This document shows, piece by piece, positions 9,395 through 19,456 of a stretch of DNA of 64,000 nt. The DNA comes from Candidatus Iainarchaeum sp. (lineage in GTDB: Archaea; Iainarchaeota; Iainarchaeia; Iainarchaeales; JAAZKV01), in assembly GCA_026397015.1 (NCBI GenBank), contig JAPLVR010000003.1, forward strand, positions 224,001 through 288,000. The letters run 5' to 3'. Made by a program: the position numbers and the translations under genes. Numbering within the stretch: position 1 is the stretch's first letter; the number at the start of each line of letters is the position of its first letter. Below the pieces are notes generated by a model, which ran no database searches, had not been told where the DNA came from, and saw only the letters and a program-made list of their open reading frames with translations.

Positions 9395-10858
9395 GTGGGC
9401 TGGGAACTGATTGAATCTTACTTCAAGAACAAAAACATCGCACAGATGGAGATTGATTCATACAACCAGTTCATCGAAAAAAAGCTTGACAATATTGTGA
9501 AGGAAAACGCGCTGATTGTTCCGAAAATAGAAGAAGTAAAAGTAGAGCTTTCAAATATCGAAATTCTGAAACCGAAAATTACTGAAGCGGATGGTTCGCC
9601 GCGCGAAGAGTTTACGCCGATGGAAGCGAGGCTGAGAAACAGGACTTATGCCGGACCGATTTATTTGGAAATGAGGCTTTACAGAAGGGATGTGGAACAG
9701 GATGCGAGAAGGGCGTACATCGGCGACATACCCGTAATGCTGAAATCAAAACTTTGCTGGCTGGACGGAAAAAGCCCGGAAGAACTTACTGAAATGGGCG
9801 AGGACCCCAAAGATTTCGGCGGATACTTTATTGTGAACGGTTCTGAAAAGGCGTTAATGACCCAGGAAGTTCTTGCATCCGACAGGGTATTAATTTCAGA
9901 AAGCGAAAAGGGGGTTGCCGCGGAAGTTATTTCAACGCGCGGAGCATTTAAAGGAAGAACAAGGGTTACGAGAAGCCCTGAGGGAATAATTTATGTTTCA
10001 TTCCCGACAAGCCCGAGAAAATTAATGATTGTCACGCTTTTCAAAGCGCTTGGATTAAAAACGAAGTCGGACGTCTTCGGCGCATTTCCGGAAGAAGTCG
10101 AAGTGGTAAACGATTTGTTATTGAACTGGGAAGAGTGCGAAATAAAGGATGAGGAGGAGGCGCTGGACAAAATCGGAAAATACGTTGCGCCCGGGCAGGT
10201 AATTGATTACAGGCTTAGAAGGGCAAGGGAAGTAATTGACGGCTTTTTGCTGCCTCACATAGGGCAGGAGGAACCGGCCAGATTGACGAAGGCATACTAT
10301 CTGGCAATGATGGCAACAAAAGCGATTGAAAGAAGCTACGGTTTAAGGGGAGAGGACGACAAGGACCATTACGCAAACAAGAGATTGGAGTTGAGCGGAA
10401 AACTGATGGAACACTTGTTCAGGTATTCATTCAAGTATTTTGTAAAGGATTTGAGATTCCAGATCGACAGGACTGTTACGAGAAGAAGAAAATTAAATAT
10501 TTCAACAATAGTCAGACCGGGCGCGATGACGGAAAGAGTCAGGTTTGCGATGAGCACGGGAAACTGGATAGGGAGAAGCACGGGCGTGGCAAAATTCATG
10601 GACAGGGTAAATTATTTGAGCCCTCTTACTGACATAAGAAAAATAAAGAGCCAGCTGAGCAAAACAAGGGAACTTTACGAGGCAAGGGACGTTCACGGAA
10701 CGCACTGGGGAAGATTGTGCCCGGTGGAAACGCCTGACGGTCCGCAATGCGGATTAGTAAAAAATCTCGGATTATTGGCGGAAGTTACGACCGAATCTGA
10801 TGAGAAGCCGATTGAGGATTTCCTGCACAATCAGGGAGTAAAGCTGAAGAAATTGTAG
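9395..10858 (+). CDS. rpoB2: RNA polymerase subunit Rpo2N (B'')
   Basis: PMEARLRNRTY, GGYFIVNGSEK, DKDHYANKRL, HGTHWGRLCPVETPDGPQCGLVKNL. Confidence 0.97.
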   Translation: MGWELIESYFKNKNIAQMEIDSYNQFIEKKLDNIVKENALIVPKIEEVKVELSNIEILKPKITEADGSPREEFTPMEARLRNRTYAGPIYLEMRLYRRDVEQDARRAYIGDIPVMLKSKLCWLDGKSPEELTEMGEDPKDFGGYFIVNGSEKALMTQEVLASDRVLISESEKGVAAEVISTRGAFKGRTRVTRSPEGIIYVSFPTSPRKLMIVTLFKALGLKTKSDVFGAFPEEVEVVNDLLLNWEECEIKDEEEALDKIGKYVAPGQVIDYRLRRAREVIDGFLLPHIGQEEPARLTKAYYLAMMATKAIERSYGLRGEDDKDHYANKRLELSGKLMEHLFRYSFKYFVKDLRFQIDRTVTRRRKLNISTIVRPGAMTERVRFAMSTGNWIGRSTGVAKFMDRVNYLSPLTDIRKIKSQLSKTRELYEARDVHGTHWGRLCPVETPDGPQCGLVKNLGLLAEVTTESDEKPIEDFLHNQGVKLKKL

Positions 10859-10891
10859 TTTATATTTTTAAGTTTGAAACGGTGAAAAAAG

Positions 10892-12706
10892 ATGGCAAAA
10901 TTTGCAAAGGTTTACATCAATGGAAGGCTGATAGGATTCCATGAAAACCCTGAAGAACTTACTGAAAAAACAATCGAATCGAGAAGAGCGGGAAGGATTC
11001 CAAAAGAAGTCAATGTGGCATTCCACAAGGACACAAACGAAGTCTACATCAACTCCGATGCGGGAAGATTGCAAAGGCCGGTAATTGTTGTAAAAAACGG
11101 GAAAAGCCTTTACACCGAAGAAATAAAAAAGAAGGTTGAAGACGGAAAGGCTTCCTTCAAACAGATTGTTGAAATGGGAATAATCGAATTTTTGGACGCG
11201 GAAGAAGAGGAAAATGCATTCATCGCGCAAGTGGACGAAGAACCTACAAAGGAACACACTCATCAGGAAATTGACGGCGCAAGCGTATTGAGCATAATAA
11301 CAAACCTCATACCTTACCTTGAGCATAACATGGCGGGAAAGGTTTTGCACGGTGCGAAAATGTTCAAACAGGCAATAGGAATGGGGGCAACAAACTACAA
11401 TTTGAGACACGACACCGAAGGGTACACTCTTTACTATCCGCAAAAAAGCATTGTAAAAACAAAAACGATGGACATACTGGAATTGGACAAAAGACCGTTA
11501 AACCAAAATTTTGTTGTCGCAATACTTCCATATTATGGGTACAATACGATGGATGCCGTTGTAATAAATCGCGGAGCGATTGAAAGGGGACTGGGCAGGG
11601 GCTCATATTACAGGAATTATGAAACGAATGAAAACAGGTATCCCGGCGGACAGAGGGACAGATTCGAGGTTCCGACCGAAGACAAGGTTGAGTTTGTTGA
11701 TGAAAAAGAATTCACAAAAATCGGGCAGGATGGATTAATACAATTGGAAGAGTTTGCCGGAGACCATGAAGTAATTATAGGAAAAACTTCGCCCCCAAGA
11801 TTTTTGGAAGAAATGAGCGATTTCGGAGTCGACCAGGAAAAGAGAAGGGACAGCTCTGTAAGGGTAAAAAAAGGAAAGCCCGGCTACGTGGACACCATAA
11901 TAATGACCGAAGGAGAAGACGGAAGCAGGCTTGTTAAATTGAAGGTAAGAACGCCGCTGATTCCAAGCGTTGGAGATAAGTTCTCTTCAAAACACGGGCA
12001 AAAAGGAATCGTTTCAATGATAGTTCCGGAAGAGGACATGCCTTTTACAATTGACGGGATAAAACCTGATTTAATTTTGAACCCGCACTCAATCCCTTCA
12101 AGAATGACGATGGGGCATCTGCTTGAAATGCTTGCGGGAAAAGCGGGGTGCATGAGCGGCCAAATAATTGACGGAACGCCTTTTGCCTCAATGAAAAGAG
12201 AGGAACTTGAACAGATGCTTTTTGAAAGGGGATTCAGGTCGGACAACAATCAGATTTTGTATGACGGGATTACCGGAAAGAGATTAGAGGGCGCGGTATT
12301 TACCGGAGTAATTGCTTACAAAAAACTTTATCACGTCGTTGCACACAAATTGCAGGCGAGGGCACGCGGGCCTGTACAAGTGCTGACAAGGCAGCCGACG
12401 GAAGGAAAAGAAAAAGAGGGAGGGCTAAGATTCGGAGAGATGGAGGGAGAAACTCTTGTCGGGCACGGAGCGGCGATGCTGTTGCATGAAAAATTACTTG
12501 AGGATTCGGATAAGACGGTTGAATTGGTGTGCGAAAAATGCGGCGTTGTCGCAATAAACGATGAAATAAGAAACAAGAGGTACTGCCCGTTATGCAAAGG
12601 TTCAAGCGTTTACCCTGTTGAGATGAGCTACGGCTTCAAGCTTTTGCTTGAAGAACTTAAGGCGCTGGGCATTTTGACTAAACTCAATCTGGCGGACAAG
12701 GTTTGA
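10892..12706 (+). CDS. rpoB1: RNA polymerase subunit Rpo2C (B')
   Basis: GDKFSSKHGQKG, NPHSIPSRMT, QPTEGKEKEGGLRFGEME, C-terminal Zn finger. Confidence 0.97.
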   Translation: MAKFAKVYINGRLIGFHENPEELTEKTIESRRAGRIPKEVNVAFHKDTNEVYINSDAGRLQRPVIVVKNGKSLYTEEIKKKVEDGKASFKQIVEMGIIEFLDAEEEENAFIAQVDEEPTKEHTHQEIDGASVLSIITNLIPYLEHNMAGKVLHGAKMFKQAIGMGATNYNLRHDTEGYTLYYPQKSIVKTKTMDILELDKRPLNQNFVVAILPYYGYNTMDAVVINRGAIERGLGRGSYYRNYETNENRYPGGQRDRFEVPTEDKVEFVDEKEFTKIGQDGLIQLEEFAGDHEVIIGKTSPPRFLEEMSDFGVDQEKRRDSSVRVKKGKPGYVDTIIMTEGEDGSRLVKLKVRTPLIPSVGDKFSSKHGQKGIVSMIVPEEDMPFTIDGIKPDLILNPHSIPSRMTMGHLLEMLAGKAGCMSGQIIDGTPFASMKREELEQMLFERGFRSDNNQILYDGITGKRLEGAVFTGVIAYKKLYHVVAHKLQARARGPVQVLTRQPTEGKEKEGGLRFGEMEGETLVGHGAAMLLHEKLLEDSDKTVELVCEKCGVVAINDEIRNKRYCPLCKGSSVYPVEMSYGFKLLLEELKALGILTKLNLADKV

Positions 12707-12741
12707 TTTTGATTAATGTGAAGTGTGAACGGTGTTGAAAA

Positions 12742-15357
12742 ATGTTGATGAAAAAAATCGGGAGCGTTGAATTCAATTTCCTGACCCCTGAACTGGTAAG
12801 GAAGATGAGCGCAATCGAAATAACAACGCCCGAAACTTACGATAAAGACGGATTCCCTATGGAAGGCGGCCTGATGGACCCGCATCTCGGGGTAATAAAT
12901 CCGGGCATAAGATGCAAGACATGCGGCCAGCAAATGAGGCAGTGCTCCGGCCACTTTGGGCATCTCGAACTTGAAAGGCCCATTGTTCATTCCGAATTCG
13001 GAAAAAAACTCGAACTTTTAATGCAAGCAACTTGCAAAGAATGCGGAAAAATACTTTTGCCGGATGACCAGATAGCAAAATTAAAGGAAATGTCAAGAGG
13101 CAGAACTGTAGATTACACAAAAAAAATAGTGCTCAAAACGAAGGACGTAAAAAAATGCCCTCACTGCAAAGGAGAGCATGGAAAAATGCTGCTGGACAAG
13201 CCAACGAACTTTTTCTACGACAAAGAAAGAATCTATCCGACACAGATAAGGGAATGGGTGGAAAAAATTACAAACGAAGACATCAAACTTTTCGGTTACA
13301 ATCCGGAAAGAATAAGGCCGGAGTGGTTCATACCGACAGTGCTGCAGGTTCCGCCGATTACGATAAGGCCGAGCATCACACTTGATTCCGGAATAAAGAG
13401 CGAAGATGACCTGACCCACAAATTGGTTGACATCATAAGAATTAATCTGAGGCTGAAGGACAACATCGAAGCCGGAGCGCCGCAATTAATCATTGAAGAT
13501 TTGTGGGATTTGCTCCAATACCACGTGACAACTTACTTCGATAATAACACTGCAGGGGTTCCACCGGCAAAGCACAGAAGCGGAAGGCCGCTGAGAACGA
13601 TTATTCAAAGGTTGAAGGGAAAGAAGGGAAGATTCAGGTATAACTTAACCGGAAAAAGGGTTAATCACGCGGCAAGATCAATTATTGTTCCGGACCCTTA
13701 CATAGATATTTCAGAACTCGGAGTTCCCGAAGACGCGGCAAAGGAACTTACTGTTCCTGAATTTGTAACGGAGTGGAATCTTGCGAACGTGAAAACACAA
13801 ATCAAGGAAAGCACCGCGCACGTTTACATAATAAGGCCGAACGGGACGAGAAGGAAAGTAACTGAAGAAAACAGGGAAGAAATTTTGAAGGAAGTTGACA
13901 CGGGATACAGAATCGAAAGAAATTTGCAAGACGGGGACATAGTGCTGTTTAACAGGCAGCCTTCACTGCACAGGATTTCAATGCTCGGCCACAAGGCAAG
14001 AATCTTGCCGGGAAAAGTTTTCAGGCTCAATCCGATTGTTTGTGCACCGTACAACGCAGACTTTGACGGAGATGAAATGAATTGCCACGTTCCGCAGACC
14101 GAAGAAGGAAAAGTGGAGGCAAAAAGGCTGATGATGGTTAGGGACCACATTATTTCTCCGAGGTATGGCGCGCCGATAATTGCGCCGAAAGAAGATATTG
14201 TTTCCGGAGCATTTGCTTTAACGATTCCGCAGACAAAATTCACGAAAGAAGAAGCGATGAGGCTGCTTTACAGCATGGGAGTAACGGAACTTCCAAAACC
14301 GGATTTGGGAAAAAATTATTCGGGCAGAATGATATTTTCGCACACGTTGCCGAAGGATTTGAACCTTGAATACGATTCTTACACGCACAAGATTCTGAAG
14401 AAAGCCGGGATATGCGAAGAAGATTGTAAGGAAAACTGCAAACACGGCGCATATGTGAAAATCGTTGACGGAAAATTGGTGAGCGGAATAATTGATTCCG
14501 CGTCGCTGAGCGAAGGAAAAGGAATTATAATTGACACGATTGCAAGAAACTATCCGAGCGAAGTAATTGAAAAGTTCTACCACAATTTGGCGAGACTGAC
14601 GAGCCACATTCTGACCGAAGAGGGAATGACTGCGAGCCTTGCGGAGTTTGACATCAGCGAAAATGCGAGGGCGATAAAGAAAAGAGTTTTAAGCGAAACG
14701 CTGAGAAAGGGCGAAGAACTCGTTGAGAAATACAAAAAAGAAACGCTTGAAATAATTCCGGGAAGAACGCTGGACGAAAGCTTTGAAATTTACATGATGA
14801 GGCTGGGCACGGAGGCAAAGGAAAAAGTTGAAATCGAAATAATGAAGGAAAAACTTGATTATGTTTTGTGCGAAAAAGTAATATTTAACACAATCGCAAT
14901 GATACTCGCAAAGTCAAGGGGAAGCGCAACTAACCTGATGAACATAGGCGGGTTCTGGGGACAGGCGTCCGTAAGGGAAGGAAGACCGAAAAAGGGCTTC
15001 GATAAAAGGCTTATCTCTTCAAATGAAAAGGGAGACGTTGGAATTCACGCAGGCGGTTTCATCGAGAGCAACTTCCTCGAAGGAATGACACCGAAAGAAT
15101 ACTTCTACCATTCGATGGGAGGAAGACAGGGAGAGGTTGATACAGGAGTATCGACAAAGGTTTCGGGTTACCTTTACAGAAGGCTTGCGAATTCGCTGAA
15201 AGATGTTCTGGCTGCGCCGGACGGAACTGTTAGGACTGCGGCAAACAACATAGTTCAATACACATACGGAGAAGACGGGGTATTCCCGAAAAACACAAAG
15301 AGAGGAGTGGGCGTAGACGTAAAAGAAGAATACGCCAAAATGAAAAGCGGAAATTAA
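12742..15357 (+). CDS. rpoA1: RNA polymerase subunit Rpo1N (A')
   Basis: Catalytic YNADFDGDEMN, LFNRQPSLH, N-terminal Zn clamp, TKVSGYLYRRL bridge helix. Confidence 0.98.
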   Translation: MLMKKIGSVEFNFLTPELVRKMSAIEITTPETYDKDGFPMEGGLMDPHLGVINPGIRCKTCGQQMRQCSGHFGHLELERPIVHSEFGKKLELLMQATCKECGKILLPDDQIAKLKEMSRGRTVDYTKKIVLKTKDVKKCPHCKGEHGKMLLDKPTNFFYDKERIYPTQIREWVEKITNEDIKLFGYNPERIRPEWFIPTVLQVPPITIRPSITLDSGIKSEDDLTHKLVDIIRINLRLKDNIEAGAPQLIIEDLWDLLQYHVTTYFDNNTAGVPPAKHRSGRPLRTIIQRLKGKKGRFRYNLTGKRVNHAARSIIVPDPYIDISELGVPEDAAKELTVPEFVTEWNLANVKTQIKESTAHVYIIRPNGTRRKVTEENREEILKEVDTGYRIERNLQDGDIVLFNRQPSLHRISMLGHKARILPGKVFRLNPIVCAPYNADFDGDEMNCHVPQTEEGKVEAKRLMMVRDHIISPRYGAPIIAPKEDIVSGAFALTIPQTKFTKEEAMRLLYSMGVTELPKPDLGKNYSGRMIFSHTLPKDLNLEYDSYTHKILKKAGICEEDCKENCKHGAYVKIVDGKLVSGIIDSASLSEGKGIIIDTIARNYPSEVIEKFYHNLARLTSHILTEEGMTASLAEFDISENARAIKKRVLSETLRKGEELVEKYKKETLEIIPGRTLDESFEIYMMRLGTEAKEKVEIEIMKEKLDYVLCEKVIFNTIAMILAKSRGSATNLMNIGGFWGQASVREGRPKKGFDKRLISSNEKGDVGIHAGGFIESNFLEGMTPKEYFYHSMGGRQGEVDTGVSTKVSGYLYRRLANSLKDVLAAPDGTVRTAANNIVQYTYGEDGVFPKNTKRGVGVDVKEEYAKMKSGN

Positions 15358-16860
<1,503 letters not shown>

Positions 16861-16890
16861 TTTTCACCAGCCTTTTTCGCAAAAAGGCTG
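16861..16890 (+). repeat. REP-like palindromic repeat copy
   Basis: TTTTCACCAGCCTTTTTCGCAAAAAGGCTG; 10-bp perfect stem immediately after the rpoA2 stop. Confidence 0.85.
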
Positions 16891-16934
16891 ATTTAAAAAC
16901 GTTAATGAAAGGGATTGTATAGTAATTGTTTTGC

Positions 16935-17010
16935 CTTGGGAAGCGGAAAGCGCGGAGTAAGGCGGTTAAAGAGTTAACTGCTTTTAATCCAGTGCTCCTC
17001 GACCCAGGTT
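16935..17010 (+). promoter_or_regulatory. Putative structured 5' leader of rpl30e
   Basis: Nested helices CTTGGG/CCCAGG, GGAGTA/TGCTCC and AGGCGGTTAA/TTAACTGCTT; TATA-like TTTAAAAA at 16892-16899. Confidence 0.5.
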
Positions 17011-17039
17011 ATTGGTGGGCGGACAGAAAGTGATTTATC

Positions 17040-17336
17040 GTGGAAATAAACAAGGAAATCAGGCGTGCGGTTGACACCGGAAAGGTTTCATTCGGGCAGA
17101 GACAGTGCCTAAAAAACCTTGCGAGCGGAAAGGGCGAACTGGTAATAGTCAGCGAAAATCTCCCGCGCAACGAAAAAGAAAAAGTAGAGCATATGGCAAA
17201 AATTGAAAATAAAAAATTCTACGTATTCAGCGGAAACGGGCTGACGCTCGGAAGCATCTGCGGAAAACCATTCGTAGTTTCGACAATGCTCGTGCTCGAC
17301 GCTGGAAAAAGCAAGGTGCTTGAAGCCGTGCAGTAG
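17040..17336 (+). CDS. rpl30e: Ribosomal protein eL30
   Basis: AVDTGKVSFG, LGSICGKPFVVS, DAGKS. Confidence 0.96.
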   Translation: MEINKEIRRAVDTGKVSFGQRQCLKNLASGKGELVIVSENLPRNEKEKVEHMAKIENKKFYVFSGNGLTLGSICGKPFVVSTMLVLDAGKSKVLEAVQ

Positions 17337-17369
17337 AAACAAAACAACATAAAAAAAGCAGTGGGAACA

Positions 17370-17765
17370 ATGAAGCTTTCAATGGATGAAATTCGTTTGA
17401 TGAACGCGCTTGAAAAAATTTCGGGGGCTAACGCAAAGGACTGCCTCGTTTCAGACGGCATGGTTTCGTTTCTTGTAAACGAAAGGGATGTCGGGAAGGC
17501 GATTGGAAAGAAAGCCTCCAATGCCAGGGCACTCGAAGAAAGCGTCAAAAAAAGAATTGAAATAATCGGCTTTCAGGAAAATCCTGAAGAGATGGTGAAA
17601 AAGGCGCTCGAAATAGAAACGATAGGGGCAAGAAAGGACTCTGAGAAAATTGTAATAAGATTGGATTCGATGAACAAAAGAAAATTGCTCAAAAAAAGCG
17701 CAAAGCTGAAGAGGGTAAGGGAATTCATAAAAAGAAATTTTAACTTGAATTTAACGGTAAATTAA
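17370..17765 (+). CDS. nusA: Archaeal NusA (KH domains)
   Basis: AKDCL, GKAIGKK..N...LEE...KRIEII; conserved position between L30e and S12. Confidence 0.92.
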   Translation: MKLSMDEIRLMNALEKISGANAKDCLVSDGMVSFLVNERDVGKAIGKKASNARALEESVKKRIEIIGFQENPEEMVKKALEIETIGARKDSEKIVIRLDSMNKRKLLKKSAKLKRVREFIKRNFNLNLTVN

Positions 17766-17835
17766 GATAGGTTAAAATAGTATTGTTACAAGAGAAATTA
17801 TGAGGATAAGAGAGTAAAAATTACAAGTGATTTTA

Positions 17836-18267
17836 ATGGGAAGAGGGGAGTTCGCAGCACTGAGCCTCGAGAAAAAGAGGAAAAAGTGGAAGAGAAAGGA
17901 CGGAAGGCATGCCAGAAAAATGAAGGCAAAGAACCGCGAATTTGACGACCTGCTGGAAGGAGCGCCGCAGGGAAGAGGAATCGTATTAGAAAAAAGAGGG
18001 GTAACGGCAAAGCAGCCCCACTCCGGAATAAGAAAATGCGTAAGGGTTCAGCTCATTAAAAACGGAAAACAGTTGACCGCATTGGCGCCAAGAGACGGGG
18101 CAATAAAATTTATTGACGAACATGACGAAGTAACTGTAAGCGGACTGGGGGGAGCGCAAGGCGGGCCTTCAGGAGACCTTTGGGGGGTAAAGTACAAAGT
18201 AACGCACGTGAACGGAATAAGCCTCGAAATGCTTAGGACAGGAAGAAAGGAGAAAGTAAAAAGGTAA
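17836..18267 (+). CDS. rps12: Ribosomal protein uS12
   Basis: [35 protein letters not shown]; decoding-loop variants are described in findings. Confidence 0.97.
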   Translation: MGRGEFAALSLEKKRKKWKRKDGRHARKMKAKNREFDDLLEGAPQGRGIVLEKRGVTAKQPHSGIRKCVRVQLIKNGKQLTALAPRDGAIKFIDEHDEVTVSGLGGAQGGPSGDLWGVKYKVTHVNGISLEMLRTGRKEKVKR

Positions 18268-18560
18268 AAGCAAAAAAACTAAAAAAAATCAAAATGAAAT
18301 TAAGATAAAAGTAAATTAAGAAGAGAAAAAGTAAAATAGAACAAGGTAAAAAAATTAAAATAAAAGTAAATTAAAAAAAGAAAAATTAAAATAGAATAAG
18401 GCAAAATAAAGTAAAAAAATTGAAACTTAAAAAAGGAAAAATAAAATAAGTCATAAAAAAACAAATCTGGAAAAAATGAAAAATAATAATTAAAAAAATA
18501 AAGCAAAAAAAAATGGAAAAAGCAAATCTGAAAAAAACATAATGAAAAATAATACTTGGA
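18268..18560 (+). repeat. A-rich low-complexity spacer built from degenerate tandem duplications
   Basis: 42 of 60 bases are A in 18361-18420. TAAAAGTAAATTAA and AAAATAGAA recur at a 55-bp period; CAAATCTG recurs at a 61-bp period. Confidence 0.8.
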
Positions 18561-18570
18561 ATGTGGTAAT

Positions 18571-19419
18571 ATGGGCGCGGAAAAAGAAGAAAAAAAAGAA
18601 AAACAGGCAAAGGAAAAAGAACCTTCGGCGAAACCGGTGAAAGAAATGAAACCAGAAGTTAAGGCTGAGGTTCAGAAAACTGCGCCGCAGGAACACAAAC
18701 TTAATGCAAAGACACCGCAGGAAAACAAACCACGTGCCGAGCATTTGGCGGAAAAACAGTTCGCCGTTAATCCGGCGCCGAAAATTTTGGTGCCACAGAG
18801 AAAAAATCTTTTCCCTGAAAACAAGGTTTTCAACAGATGGTCATTCAATGACGTCAGAATAACTGATTTGGGCTTGGCAAGATACATATGCCTCGATTCA
18901 ATGATTCTGCCGCATTCTTTCGGAAGAAAGACCGGCGGAAAATTCGGGAAATCAAAAATTAATCTCGTTGAGAGGCTGGTAAACAAAGTTATGCGCTCGG
19001 GCCAGGGAAAAAGAAAACTCAGCGGAAAATTTATCAGAGGAAGGGGAAGCTGCGGAAAAAAAATGCAGGCAATGAGAATAGTCGAGGGAGCTTTTGAAAT
19101 AGTTGAAAAGAAAACAGGAAAAAATCCTGTTCAGGTGCTTGTTACCGCTATTGAAAACACTGCTCCGAGAGAAGACGTTACAAGAATAAAGAGAGGAGGA
19201 GTTCCGTACACCGTTGCAGTAGATGTTTCGCCGCAGATAAGGCTCGATGAAGCACTAAAAAACATCGCACTGGCCGGATTTGGAAATTCTTTCAACAAAA
19301 AAGTGAGCGCTGCGGAAGCCCTTGCGGAAGAAATGGTTGCGGCTTCGACCAACGACACGAAAAGCAGCGCGGCAAAGAGAAGGGATGAAATCGAGAGAAT
19401 CGCGAAGGCCTCAAGATAA
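18571..19419 (+). CDS. rps7: Ribosomal protein uS7 with an N-terminal K/E/P-rich extension
   Basis: VFNRWS...V...DLGL..YI, NPVQVLV.AIEN.APRED, RDEIERIAKASR. Confidence 0.96.
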   Translation: MGAEKEEKKEKQAKEKEPSAKPVKEMKPEVKAEVQKTAPQEHKLNAKTPQENKPRAEHLAEKQFAVNPAPKILVPQRKNLFPENKVFNRWSFNDVRITDLGLARYICLDSMILPHSFGRKTGGKFGKSKINLVERLVNKVMRSGQGKRKLSGKFIRGRGSCGKKMQAMRIVEGAFEIVEKKTGKNPVQVLVTAIENTAPREDVTRIKRGGVPYTVAVDVSPQIRLDEALKNIALAGFGNSFNKKVSAAEALAEEMVAASTNDTKSSAAKRRDEIERIAKASR

Positions 19420-19456
19420 AAAAAAGTTCCCGATTATTTTATTTTTTGGTGGTACG

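Noticed and set aside
18300-18744. Minus-strand Phe-rich ORFs (and similar antisense ORFs throughout the ribosomal operons)
   Set aside because: They are shadows of A-rich sense DNA and of Lys/Glu codons; no recognisable motifs.
19322-19456. N-terminal extensions given by the ORF track for EF2 (also L6 at 42078, RpoD at 50734, aIF2gamma at 60934, RtcB at 24071, DUF106 at 47878)
   Set aside because: They overlap upstream genes or promoters; SD motifs and homology support later starts.
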